Source of the DNA: an uncultured SAR86 cluster bacterium
GTDB taxonomy: Bacteria; Pseudomonadota; Gammaproteobacteria; Magnimaribacterales; AG-339-G14
DNA: 64,000 nucleotides
NCBI GenBank assembly: GCA_902528485.1
Contig: CABZTA010000002.1
Span: 559 to 64,558, forward strand
Direction: 5' to 3'
Part shown: positions 10,189 through 19,594 of the stretch, piece after piece
Layout: each line of letters opens with the position of its first letter
Position numbering within the stretch: position 1 is the stretch's first letter
Made by a program: the position numbers and the translations under genes
Notes under the pieces: generated by a model
Seen by the model: only the letters and a program-made list of their open reading frames with translations
Database searches by the model: none
What the model was told of the DNA's origin: nothing

Positions 10189-10831
10189 TTTAATAACTAT
10201 TGATGGGCCAGGCGGATCTGGCAAAGGGACTATAGCCAAACTGTTAGCTTTAAAATTAGGATGGAATATTTTAGATAGCGGAGCCTTGTATAGATTAATA
10301 GCTCTAATTTCAGAAAATATCAAAAATAATGACCCAGATAAAATTGGATTAGAACTGAAAGATAGGAAAATCATCTTTGAGCTTATAGACGATCAATATC
10401 ACCTTTTTTTTAATGGTAAAGATGTATCTGATCATATAAGAAGAGAAGAAATTGGCACAAAGGCCTCAGACTTGGCACATAATCAACAAATTCGAAACCT
10501 AATTAAAACTACTCAGAGGTCCTTTTATGATCCGAATATAGGACTAATAGCCGACGGAAGAGATATGGGATCTGTTGTTTTTCCAGCTGCTGGGATAAAG
10601 ATTTACTTGGATGCATCAATCGAAGAAAGAGCAAAAAGACGTCAAATTCAGTTGAAAGAAAAGGGTTTGAAGGTTAACATGCCCAACCTTATCTCAAGCT
10701 TAGAAGAAAGAGATTTGAAAGACAAAAATAGAAAAGTATCACCTCTTTTGATTCCAGAAGGAGCAAAAGTAATTGACTCTACAAATCTTTCGATAGATGA
10801 GGTAGTAAATATAGTAATGGATTTAACTTAA
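10181..10831 (+). CDS. cmk: Cytidylate kinase
   Basis: P-loop ITIDGPGGSGKGT. 216 aa. It sits in the conserved position upstream of rpsA. Confidence 0.92.
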   Translation: MDNLITIDGPGGSGKGTIAKLLALKLGWNILDSGALYRLIALISENIKNNDPDKIGLELKDRKIIFELIDDQYHLFFNGKDVSDHIRREEIGTKASDLAHNQQIRNLIKTTQRSFYDPNIGLIADGRDMGSVVFPAAGIKIYLDASIEERAKRRQIQLKEKGLKVNMPNLISSLEERDLKDKNRKVSPLLIPEGAKVIDSTNLSIDEVVNIVMDLT

Positions 10832-10834
10832 ATT

Positions 10835-12508
10835 ATGGAACAAGCTAACTTCGCAAAACTTCTAGATGAAAGTCTATCAACATTAGATTTCCAAATAGGA
10901 ACGATTATTACTGGGGTGATAGTTGACTTAAAATCAGACTGGGTTACTGTCCATGTAGGCTTAAAATCAGAGCCTGTTTTGGCCAGAAGCGAATTTTTAG
11001 CAGATGAATCTGATAAAGAGCTAGAGATCGGCGATGAAGTAAAAGTTACCCTTGAAGCCGTTGAAGATGGTTATGGTGAGACTAGGGTTTCAAGATTAAG
11101 AGCAATGCATGATGAAAGTTGGCTCAACTTAGAAGAATCACTTAAAACAGGTTCAATAGTTAAAGGTTACATAACAGGCAAAGTCAGAGGTGGAATGACA
11201 GTCGACGTAGCAGGAGTTAGAGCCTTCCTGCCTGGCTCTCTTGTGGATTCAAAACAACTTGAAAGCTTTGACCATTTAGAAAAAACCTTTCAAGATTTTA
11301 AAGTCATAAAACTAGACAAAGATAAATCTAACGTTGTCATATCTAGAAAGGCTGTTCAGGAGGATATCAATTCGGAAGAAAGAGAGAAGCTTTTTGCGTC
11401 CATAGAAGAAGGTTCTACCATTGAAGGTATAGTAAAAAATCTAACTGATTATGGAGCCTTTATTGATCTCGGGGGCATAGATGGATTGCTTCACATAACA
11501 GATATTACATGGAAAAGAATTAATCACCCATCAGAAGCTCTCAATATTGGAGATCAGCTTAGTCTAAAGGTGACTAATTTTGATAAAGAAAAATCAAGGA
11601 TATCTTTAGGATTGAAACAAATGTATTCAGATCCATGGGAGACCATTGAAACACTTTACCCTGTAAATTCAGTGCATAAAGCAAAAGTATCAACTCTTAC
11701 AGATTATGGTTTTTTTGCTGAGCTTGATAAAGATACAGAAGGTTTGGTTCATGTTTCTGAAATTGACTGGACCAATAAAAATATACATCCATCAAAAGTC
11801 GTATCTTCAGGAGATGAGATCGATGTTATGGTGCTAGAGCTTGATTTAGAAAAAAGAAGAATTTCATTAGGAATGAAGCAATGTCAAGAGAACCCTTGGC
11901 TAATTTTTTCAGAAAATAATTCTGTTGGTGATACAGTTAAAGGAACCGTCAAATCTATAACTGATTTTGGAATGTTTGTCGGCCTCGATGGCGATATAGA
12001 TGGACTTGTCCATCTTTCAGATCTATCTTGGATAGATTCAGAAGAAAATGCAGTTCAAAGTTTCCAAAAAGGTCAAGATGTTCAAGCTTTGATTTTAGCC
12101 ATGGATCCATTGAAGGAGAGAATATCTCTTGGAATCAAACAACTTTCAGAGGATCCACTTGAAAATTTCATAAAAGATCATCCAAAAGGAACTCCAATTT
12201 CAGGAAAAATTTCAATTATTGATGAAGATAATCTAAGCATAACAGTTAATGAGAATATTTTAGTTTTGATGAGAAAGAGAGACTTTATAGAAGAAGAAAG
12301 TTCCTCTCTTGAAGAAGGAAACGAGATAAACTTCTCAATTTCAAATTTTGATAGGAAGGAAAGAAAAATTTGGGGTTCCATGAAAGCACTTGAAAAAAGT
12401 AAGGAAAAAGAAATTTTGAAAGAAAATCAAATAAAGAATAAAGAAATTGAAGAGAGCTCTAAATCTTCAATTGGTGACCTGATCAAAGAAGAGCTTGAAG
12501 ATAAGTGA
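10835..12508 (+). CDS. rpsA: 30S ribosomal protein S1
   Basis: 557 aa with six S1 OB-fold repeats (recurrent G.V..(I/L)TD(Y/F)G.F(V/I).L pattern). Confidence 0.96.
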   Translation: MEQANFAKLLDESLSTLDFQIGTIITGVIVDLKSDWVTVHVGLKSEPVLARSEFLADESDKELEIGDEVKVTLEAVEDGYGETRVSRLRAMHDESWLNLEESLKTGSIVKGYITGKVRGGMTVDVAGVRAFLPGSLVDSKQLESFDHLEKTFQDFKVIKLDKDKSNVVISRKAVQEDINSEEREKLFASIEEGSTIEGIVKNLTDYGAFIDLGGIDGLLHITDITWKRINHPSEALNIGDQLSLKVTNFDKEKSRISLGLKQMYSDPWETIETLYPVNSVHKAKVSTLTDYGFFAELDKDTEGLVHVSEIDWTNKNIHPSKVVSSGDEIDVMVLELDLEKRRISLGMKQCQENPWLIFSENNSVGDTVKGTVKSITDFGMFVGLDGDIDGLVHLSDLSWIDSEENAVQSFQKGQDVQALILAMDPLKERISLGIKQLSEDPLENFIKDHPKGTPISGKISIIDEDNLSITVNENILVLMRKRDFIEEESSSLEEGNEINFSISNFDRKERKIWGSMKALEKSKEKEILKENQIKNKEIEESSKSSIGDLIKEELEDK

Positions 12509-12511
12509 TTT

Positions 12512-12790
12512 ATGCAAAAAACAGATCTTCTTTATAAATTAACTACTCAAAATCTAACCTTCTCCTCTTTAGATTCAAAAATTGCCCTAGATGAACTGAT
12601 CAATCAATTATCAAATCTACTTTCAGAAAATCAAAGAATTGAAATAAGAGGATTTGGTGCATTTTCAGTTAGAGAAAGAAATCCAATTAGAGGAAGAAAT
12701 CCCAAATCGGGAAAAGCAATTGAATTAGATAGAAGATCTTTACTTTACTTTAGACCTTCAAAGTTGCTTAAAAATAGAATAAATAAATAA
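12512..12790 (+). CDS. ihfB: Integration host factor subunit beta
   Basis: 92 aa HU/IHF-fold protein (RIEIRGFGAFSVRER...GRNPKSG), immediately after rpsA as in other gammaproteobacteria. Confidence 0.9.
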   Translation: MQKTDLLYKLTTQNLTFSSLDSKIALDELINQLSNLLSENQRIEIRGFGAFSVRERNPIRGRNPKSGKAIELDRRSLLYFRPSKLLKNRINK

Positions 12791-12827
12791 ACTTTATTAT
12801 TGATATAATTTTCCAAATAGTGCGTTA

Positions 12828-13529
12828 ATGGAAAAATTCATCAAAAAGGGACAAATAATAGTTGGATTAGATTTTGATAATTCGCAAAGCGCTTTTGAAA
12901 TAACTAAGCTCCTTAATCCTGAAAATTATAAGTTAAAGGTTGGAAATCAACTCTTTACTGCTTGTGGACCTAGAGTATTAGAAGACCTTAAAGCGCAAGG
13001 CTTTGACATTTTTTTAGATTTAAAGTTTCACGATACGCCAAACACAGTTGAGAAAGCTGTTATAGAAGCTTGTAAAAAGGATGTATGGATGTTGAATATT
13101 CATCTTTCTGGAGGACAAAATATGATTGAGTCTGCAGTTAATGCAAAGAATTCAATTTCACCTGAAATTCTTTTAGTAGGAGTTACGGTTCTTACAAGCC
13201 TTGATCAAAACGATTTATCTGATGCTGGAGTTAGCAAGGATCTAAAAGACCAAATTATCTCTCTTTTTAATTTAGGAAAAAAGCTAGGTATAGATGGAAT
13301 TGTTTGCTCTCCTAACGATCTTGCTTATTTCAATAAGGAACAGATGGATTCTTTTATATCTGTTTGTCCAGGAATAAGGGTTAAAGAAAAGAGGGGGGGT
13401 CAAAAAAGAACAGCAACTATCCATGATGCAATAAATATGGGCGCAGATTACCTTGTTGTGGCAAGAGAGATAATTTCGTCCACGAATCCTATAAAAGTTA
13501 TTAATGAAATTGACTCTTACTTTATTTGA
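12828..13529 (+). CDS. pyrF: Orotidine 5'-phosphate decarboxylase
   Basis: 233 aa. Motifs VGLDF, DLKFHDTPNTV, PGIR..GGQKR and GADYLVVAREI. Confidence 0.92.
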   Translation: MEKFIKKGQIIVGLDFDNSQSAFEITKLLNPENYKLKVGNQLFTACGPRVLEDLKAQGFDIFLDLKFHDTPNTVEKAVIEACKKDVWMLNIHLSGGQNMIESAVNAKNSISPEILLVGVTVLTSLDQNDLSDAGVSKDLKDQIISLFNLGKKLGIDGIVCSPNDLAYFNKEQMDSFISVCPGIRVKEKRGGQKRTATIHDAINMGADYLVVAREIISSTNPIKVINEIDSYFI

Positions 13530-15183
13530 AAGAAATCTATTAATTTTTCTTTTTCTTATTTCTTTAAGCATCTTTTCAAGTTTATCCTTTTCAAAACATA
13601 ATTCGGTTGTCGTAACAAGACATCATTTAGCAACTGAAGTTGGTTCAAAAATTCTTTCAGACGGAGGTAATGCATTTGACGCTGCTATTTCAGTTGCTTT
13701 TGCTTTAGCAGTTGTCAATCCTTCTGCAGGAAATATTGGAGGTGGAGGGTTTGCCCTTCTTTACGATGCGAATAAAAAAACTATTGAATCAATAGACTAT
13801 AGAGAAAGGGCCCCAGTTAAAGCTAAAGAAGATATGTTTCTCGATGAAAACGGTAAAGTCATAAAAGGTTTGAGCACATCATCTTTTTTAGCTTCTGGTA
13901 TTCCTGGAACAGTAGATGGAATGTTCAAGATTCACAATAAATATGGGTCTATTCCCATTAGAAAATTAATAGCGCCAGCAATAGACCTGGCTGAAAAAGG
14001 TTTTACGTTATCTAAATTTCAAGCAGAATACTTTAATAAAAATAGAGATAAATTTTCAAAAAATCCTGAAGCCAAAAAAATCTTTGTTAAGGAAAATTTA
14101 TGGAAGAAAGGCGATGTTTTTCAACAAAGAGATTTAGCACAAACCCTAAAAAGAATCTCAAAGTTTGGTAGAGATGAATTTTATTCAGGCGAGACAGCAA
14201 AAAAAATTGTAATTTACTTTCAAAACAATGGAGGTATTTTCACCAGAAACGATTTTATAAATTATAAATCAACATTTAAGCTGCCTCTCTGTTCTACATT
14301 CACTGATTACGAAGTTTGTTCTATGTCTCTCCCAAGCTCAGGAGGTATAGTACTTTCTCAATCTTTGAATATTCTTGAAAATTTCAATCTAACCTCATAT
14401 GATCATAATTCTCTTGAGTACAACCGGCTTTTGATAGAGGCTATGAGATTTTCATTTGCAGATAGGTCAAAATTTTTAGGTGATTCAGATTTCAACAACT
14501 TTGACATAAGCAAAATAACTTCAAAGAAGTACGCAAAGTCTCTTTCAAAAATTATTAAAAACTCTAGTAGAAAAATCATCATTGATACCCCAGGTGAATA
14601 TTTGGCTGAAAGTGAAGAAACAACACATTTCTCAATAATTGATTCTTTAGGGAACGCTGTTTCAAATACTTATACATTAAATACAGCATATGGTTCTGGA
14701 ATAATAGCTAAAGGAACTGGAATTTTAATGAATAATGAAATGGATGATTTTTCAATTAAACCTGGCTACCCAAATTTTTTTGGGCTAGTAGGATCTGAAG
14801 CAAATAAGGTAGAACCAAGCAAGGCTCCTCTTTCATCAATGACACCAACTATAGTTTTTAAGGACGGGAAACCTTATTTAATTACTGGTTCTCCAGGAGG
14901 GTCCACAATCATATCAACAGTTCTTCAACTTTTATTAAATATTATGATTTTTGATATGAAAATTGATGATGCATCTATAGCCAAACGAATTCATCACCAA
15001 TGGAAGCCTGATATTCTATTCATAGAGAATGAAAAAAATATTAAAAATATCAATAAAATAGGTTTTGATACTGTTTATAGAGAAAGAATTGGTGAATCAC
15101 ACTCCATACTTTTTAATGAGGAGAAATATGAGGGTTTTGCTGACTTGAGAAGACCAGATGGAAGAGCAATATCAGTACACTAA
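13504..15183 (+). CDS. ggt: Gamma-glutamyltranspeptidase
   Basis: 559 aa. N-terminal signal-like hydrophobic segment, the autoprocessing/nucleophile motif ETTHFSIID, and GSPGGSTII. Confidence 0.9.
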   Translation: MKLTLTLFERNLLIFLFLISLSIFSSLSFSKHNSVVVTRHHLATEVGSKILSDGGNAFDAAISVAFALAVVNPSAGNIGGGGFALLYDANKKTIESIDYRERAPVKAKEDMFLDENGKVIKGLSTSSFLASGIPGTVDGMFKIHNKYGSIPIRKLIAPAIDLAEKGFTLSKFQAEYFNKNRDKFSKNPEAKKIFVKENLWKKGDVFQQRDLAQTLKRISKFGRDEFYSGETAKKIVIYFQNNGGIFTRNDFINYKSTFKLPLCSTFTDYEVCSMSLPSSGGIVLSQSLNILENFNLTSYDHNSLEYNRLLIEAMRFSFADRSKFLGDSDFNNFDISKITSKKYAKSLSKIIKNSSRKIIIDTPGEYLAESEETTHFSIIDSLGNAVSNTYTLNTAYGSGIIAKGTGILMNNEMDDFSIKPGYPNFFGLVGSEANKVEPSKAPLSSMTPTIVFKDGKPYLITGSPGGSTIISTVLQLLLNIMIFDMKIDDASIAKRIHHQWKPDILFIENEKNIKNINKIGFDTVYRERIGESHSILFNEEKYEGFADLRRPDGRAISVH

Positions 15184-16954
15184 AACAAAAGAAATTTTCT
15201 CTAAGGAAAAGGATCTGCCAAAACTCCCAGGAGTTTACAAATTCTATGATAAAAAAAATAAAATTCTTTACATAGGCAAAGCAAAAAATCTTTCGAACAG
15301 ACTTAAGTCATATCTATCAACATCTAGAGATAGAAAAAAAAATGAACTAATTGAGAAGATTAAATTTCTTGAAGTATTAATAACAAAAACAGAGAGTGAT
15401 GCTTTGCTCTTAGAACAAAGCTTAATTAGAAAGCTTAAGCCACCATTCAACGTTCAATTTAGAGATGATAAATCTTTTCCTGCAATATATTTTTCTTCTA
15501 ATCATGATTTTCCAGGAATATATCTGACTAGAAATAAAAAACTTAAAGGCATAAAACTTGGACCTTATGCAAACGTAGCAGCAGCAAGGCAATCAATAGA
15601 CTTAACAAGAACATTATTTGGTGTGAGAAATTGTTCTGATATGGTTTTCCAAAATCGTACAAGACCTTGTATACAGCATCAAATTGGTAAATGTTCAGCT
15701 CCATGTGTTGAAAAAATATCACAGAAAAACTATCTTGAAGAGGTAGATGCAGCTATCAAATTTATTGAAGGAAAAGATAAATCTTTTCTAAACATTCTTT
15801 ACTCAAAAATGGACGAATACTCATCTTTGGAAGAATTTGAAAGAGCGGCCCTTTATAGAGACAAGATTAAGGCCTATAGGGATATCCAAAAAGATCAATC
15901 CGTCTTTACCATATATGATAATGCGATTGCGATAACTAAGAAATCTAATGAATATGTTAACTGTATCTCTATTTTAGAAATAAAGGATGGTTGGCTTACA
16001 AGTGCAGAGAATTATTTTTCAAAAATAGATAAGTATTTTTCAGAAGAAGAACTCATGGAAAGTTTTCTCTCAAAGATTTTAATAGAAAAAAACTTAGAGC
16101 GCATAACATTGTTATCAGATTTTAAGTTTAGTAATTTAAGTGCGCAACTTAAAGATAAAAAAATTGTCTTAGAGAAGAAGAATCATAAAAATAAAAAAAT
16201 TTTTGAGCTAGCATTAATTCAATCCGATGATGGTCTTCAACGTCAGTACAACTATCCATGGATAATTGAAGGACTTTCTTTCATTGAAGAAAAAACTCAA
16301 TCAAAAATAAACAGGATAGAAGGATTTGATGTTAGTCATATGTCTGGCGATAATGTAACAGCCTCATGTGTGGTATTTGATAAAGATGGACCACAAAAAA
16401 AACAATATCGCTCTTTCAATATAAAAATTAATAAAAATGATGACTATCTAGCTATGAAAGAGGTTTTATCCAGGAGATTCAAAAGGTTAGAGAAAGAAGG
16501 AAATAATTTTCCTGATCTTGTTGTGATTGACGGGGGTAAGGGACAACTTTCATTAGCCAAGGAGGTAATTGAAAAATATCAAGAATGTAATACTCAAATA
16601 CTCTCTTTGGTAAAAGGCCCAGATAGAAATTTGAAATATGATGACGTGCTTTATTTTTCTTGTGGAAAAATTAAAAGTATGATTCTAGAACAAGAAGGTA
16701 AACGCCTCCTTCAGTTTGTAAGAGATGAGTCGCATAGATTTGCTTTATCAAGGAGTAAAAAAAGAAGGCAAAACATTACATATTCATCTCTTGATGAAAT
16801 AAAAGGCATAGGTAAAAGTAATAGGAATGCTCTTCTGAGACATTTTGGAGGGATAGAATCTCTTAGGAAAGCAAGCATAGATCAAATAAAATCCATAGAA
16901 GGTATTGGACCAATGAGAGCCAAAATAATCTTTGATTACTTGAGTGAAAAATGA
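15158..16954 (+). CDS. uvrC: Excinuclease ABC subunit C
   Basis: 598 aa. GIY-YIG N-terminus (PGVYKFYD..ILYIGKAKNL), the central UvrC region and a C-terminal helix-hairpin-helix pair (IKGIGKSNRNALL ... IEGIGPMRAKII). Confidence 0.95.
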   Translation: MEEQYQYTKTKEIFSKEKDLPKLPGVYKFYDKKNKILYIGKAKNLSNRLKSYLSTSRDRKKNELIEKIKFLEVLITKTESDALLLEQSLIRKLKPPFNVQFRDDKSFPAIYFSSNHDFPGIYLTRNKKLKGIKLGPYANVAAARQSIDLTRTLFGVRNCSDMVFQNRTRPCIQHQIGKCSAPCVEKISQKNYLEEVDAAIKFIEGKDKSFLNILYSKMDEYSSLEEFERAALYRDKIKAYRDIQKDQSVFTIYDNAIAITKKSNEYVNCISILEIKDGWLTSAENYFSKIDKYFSEEELMESFLSKILIEKNLERITLLSDFKFSNLSAQLKDKKIVLEKKNHKNKKIFELALIQSDDGLQRQYNYPWIIEGLSFIEEKTQSKINRIEGFDVSHMSGDNVTASCVVFDKDGPQKKQYRSFNIKINKNDDYLAMKEVLSRRFKRLEKEGNNFPDLVVIDGGKGQLSLAKEVIEKYQECNTQILSLVKGPDRNLKYDDVLYFSCGKIKSMILEQEGKRLLQFVRDESHRFALSRSKKRRQNITYSSLDEIKGIGKSNRNALLRHFGGIESLRKASIDQIKSIEGIGPMRAKIIFDYLSEK

Positions 16955-17460
16955 CTGCAAACTTAATATCACTTTCAAGAATTATTTTAATATTTCCAAT
17001 TATCATTTGCATAGGAAATAGTAATTTATACCTTGCCCTTCTCTTTTTTTTACTAGCCAGTTTTACTGATTTTTTAGATGGATATTTTGCAAGATACTTG
17101 AAACAAGAATCTGTTCTAGGGGCAAATCTGGATCTTTTAGCAGATAAAATTTTTGTCTCTAGTTTGCTAATTTTTATCTCTTTTCATTTTGATAATTTAA
17201 TCTTCCTTGCTATGACAACTTTGATTATTGCTAGAGAGCTATCTATAGGGAGCATCCGACAGTATCTATTGGAGACAAAGAAAAACAATGTAAAAGTTAA
17301 TTTTTTAGGAAAATTTAAAACTTTTTTTCAAATCTTTTCCATAGCGGTTGCGATTATCTTTCTAGATACAGAACTTAGCTTCATAGCAGATCTCACAATC
17401 GTACTCTCAGCTATCTTGTCCTGGTTATCACTTTTAAATTACTCGTATGCAAAAAATTAG
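16951..17460 (+). CDS. pgsA: CDP-diacylglycerol--glycerol-3-phosphate 3-phosphatidyltransferase
   Basis: 169 aa membrane protein with the CDP-alcohol phosphatidyltransferase motif DFLDGYFAR(x8)GANLDLLADK. It follows uvrC as in E. coli. Confidence 0.85.
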   Translation: MTANLISLSRIILIFPIIICIGNSNLYLALLFFLLASFTDFLDGYFARYLKQESVLGANLDLLADKIFVSSLLIFISFHFDNLIFLAMTTLIIARELSIGSIRQYLLETKKNNVKVNFLGKFKTFFQIFSIAVAIIFLDTELSFIADLTIVLSAILSWLSLLNYSYAKN

Positions 17461-18559
17461 AAACATTCCTTTCATAGATCTAAGTCTTGGAAAGAAAGAT
17501 CAGAATGAAATTACTAACAATATTATAAATCTTATCGATTCAAGTAACTTTATTGGTGGAGAAGAGGTCAAAAAATTTCAACAAAATTTTTCTCAATTTA
17601 ATGATAGTAACTTCTGTCTAGGAGTCGCAAATGGTACTGATGCAATAGAAATTGCTCTAGAAAGCTTGGACTTACCAAAAAATTCTGAAGTGATTGTTCC
17701 TAACTTTACTTTCTTATCACCTGCAGAAGCAGTCATAAGAGGAGGATATAAGTTGGTTTTAGCAGATATTAATCTTGATGACTTTACTATCTCAATTGAA
17801 TCAATCAAAAAGCTAGTTAATAAAAAAACAAGTGCCATTATTGCCGTACATTTGTTTGGAAACCCATGCAATATGACAGAAATTAAAAAAATAACCGATC
17901 AATTTAATCTTAAATTGATCGAAGATTGTTCCCAGGCCCATGGTGCAAGATTTAGAGGGAAGAAAGTTGGAAATTTTGGAAATCTAGGTACTTTCAGCTT
18001 TTATCCAACAAAAAACCTAGGTGCATTTGGAGATGCTGGAGCGATAGTAACAAATAGTAAAAGACTCTTTAATATAGCTCAAAAAATTGCTAACCATGGG
18101 AGAGTAGATACTTACGATCATGTTTTGGCAGGAAGAAATTCAAGGCTTGACGCATTTCAAGCATCAGTTCTAAATCAAAAAATAAAAACTTTAAAGAAGA
18201 ATAATGAATTAAGAGTTAAACAAGCCTCTTATCTATTAGATTCACTTGATGGATCAATTACAAAAACCATTAAATTATCTAGCTTTCAATCTTCAGTATT
18301 TCACCAATTTCCTATTTTAAGCAAAGATAGGGACTCCCTTTTGAAATATCTAAAGAAAAGAGGAATAAATTGCGGAATTTATTATCCTAATCCACTATCA
18401 AAAATGATGGCATTTAAGGAAAATGCTAGATTCGATAACGCCAAAGAAAGCAATTGTTATGCAGCATCTAAAAGAATTTTAAGTATTCCTATAGGCCCTC
18501 ATCTAAATTTAAAAGATTCAGAATACATAGCTAATGCTATACAATCATTTTCAACTTAA
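17447..18559 (+). CDS. DegT/DnrJ/EryC1/StrS-family sugar aminotransferase
   Basis: 370 aa. GVANGTDAIEIAL, the IEDCSQAHGA motif and the PLP-lysine context SFYPTKNLGAFGDAGAIVT. 14-nt overlap with pgsA. Confidence 0.88.
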   Translation: MQKIRNIPFIDLSLGKKDQNEITNNIINLIDSSNFIGGEEVKKFQQNFSQFNDSNFCLGVANGTDAIEIALESLDLPKNSEVIVPNFTFLSPAEAVIRGGYKLVLADINLDDFTISIESIKKLVNKKTSAIIAVHLFGNPCNMTEIKKITDQFNLKLIEDCSQAHGARFRGKKVGNFGNLGTFSFYPTKNLGAFGDAGAIVTNSKRLFNIAQKIANHGRVDTYDHVLAGRNSRLDAFQASVLNQKIKTLKKNNELRVKQASYLLDSLDGSITKTIKLSSFQSSVFHQFPILSKDRDSLLKYLKKRGINCGIYYPNPLSKMMAFKENARFDNAKESNCYAASKRILSIPIGPHLNLKDSEYIANAIQSFST

Positions 18560-18561
18560 AG

Positions 18562-18635
18562 GGCTGAGTGGCAGAGTGGTTATGCAGCGGACTGCAAATC
18601 CGTGTACGCCGGTTCGATTCCGACCTCAGCCTCCA
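18562..18635 (+). tRNA. tRNA-Cys (anticodon GCA), CCA encoded
   Basis: Acceptor GGCTGAG/CTCAGCC, anticodon arm GCGGA-CTGCAAA-TCCGT, T loop TTCGATT, discriminator T and CCA. 74 nt, close to E. coli tRNA-Cys. There is one C.A mismatch in the T stem. Confidence 0.93.
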
Positions 18636-18640
18636 TCATC

Positions 18641-19594
18641 ATGAAAAAAAAGATCTTAGTTTCAGGATCGTCAGGATTTATCGGCTTCCATATTTCTAAA
18701 TTTCTCTTAGAAAAAGAATTTTCGGTTGTCGGCGTAGATTCAATGAATGACTATTATGATTTAAATCTCAAAAAGCAAAGATTAGAAACCTTAAAAAAAA
18801 ATAAAAAATTTAAATTTTGCCATTCCGATCTTATTCAATTTGATCGCTTGAATAAAATTTTTATCAATGAAGAACCCGATGTTGTAATTCATTTAGCAGC
18901 TCAAGCTGGGGTAAGATACTCAAAGATTAATCCTAAATCCTACATTGACTCTAACCTAATAGTTTTCTCTAATATGATAGAGAATGTCAGAAAATTTAAG
19001 ACCAAATTAATTTATGCTTCAAGCAGCTCTGTATATGGAGGCAAGAAAAAATATCCCTTCAAGGAATCAGATACAATTAACCCAAAATCTTTTTATGGAT
19101 TAACTAAAAAAATTAATGAGGATATTGCTGATTTTTATAGCAAAGAGTTTAATTTGAATATCATTGGGCTGAGATTTTTTACTGTATACGGTCCGTTTGG
19201 AAGACCAGATATGGCTTATTATAAATTTTGCCAAAGAATCAAAGAAAACGTTCCTATTGTGCTTTACAATCAGGGACTGATGAGTAGAGACATGACCTAT
19301 ATTGATGATATCTGCCAAGGTATTTATAAAGCCATTATTAATGATTTTAGCTGCCACCAAATATTTAATCTTGGAAATAATAATCCTATTGAATTAGCTA
19401 AGCTGATTTCTCATATTGAAAATTATTTGGATAAGAAAGCAATCATTAAATATGAGGATTCTCCTGATGAAGTAAAAAAAACTTATGCCGATATCACTAA
19501 ATCTAATGAGCTACTTGGCTATTCTCCCAAAGTATCTTTTGAGGATGGCATGAATAATTTTTTGAATTGGTATAAAAGAAACTTTAAGTTTTGA
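18641..19594 (+). CDS. NAD-dependent nucleotide-sugar epimerase, UDP-glucuronate 4-epimerase-like
   Basis: The start was moved to ATG 18641 because the track start 18602 overlaps tRNA-Cys. Motifs VSGSSGFIGFH, ASSSSVYG, YGLTKK and FFTVYGPFGRPDMAYYKF are typical of Cap1J/LpsL-type epimerases. Confidence 0.8.
   Translation: MKKKILVSGSSGFIGFHISKFLLEKEFSVVGVDSMNDYYDLNLKKQRLETLKKNKKFKFCHSDLIQFDRLNKIFINEEPDVVIHLAAQAGVRYSKINPKSYIDSNLIVFSNMIENVRKFKTKLIYASSSSVYGGKKKYPFKESDTINPKSFYGLTKKINEDIADFYSKEFNLNIIGLRFFTVYGPFGRPDMAYYKFCQRIKENVPIVLYNQGLMSRDMTYIDDICQGIYKAIINDFSCHQIFNLGNNNPIELAKLISHIENYLDKKAIIKYEDSPDEVKKTYADITKSNELLGYSPKVSFEDGMNNFLNWYKRNFKF

Noticed and set aside
13393-13399. G7 homopolymer inside pyrF (AGG GGG GGT, encoding ..RGGQKR..), which is unusual in a genome this AT-rich. 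I considered it as a slippage or phase-variation tract.
   Set aside because: The reading frame is intact and it encodes the conserved loop preceding the Q-K-R region of OMP decarboxylase. A housekeeping gene is an unlikely phase-variation target.
18602-18640. The track start of the epimerase ORF (MYAGSIPTSASII...) extends 39 nt upstream.
   Set aside because: These codons are the 3' half of tRNA-Cys. ATG 18641 gives the canonical MKKKILVSGSSGFIG N-terminus.
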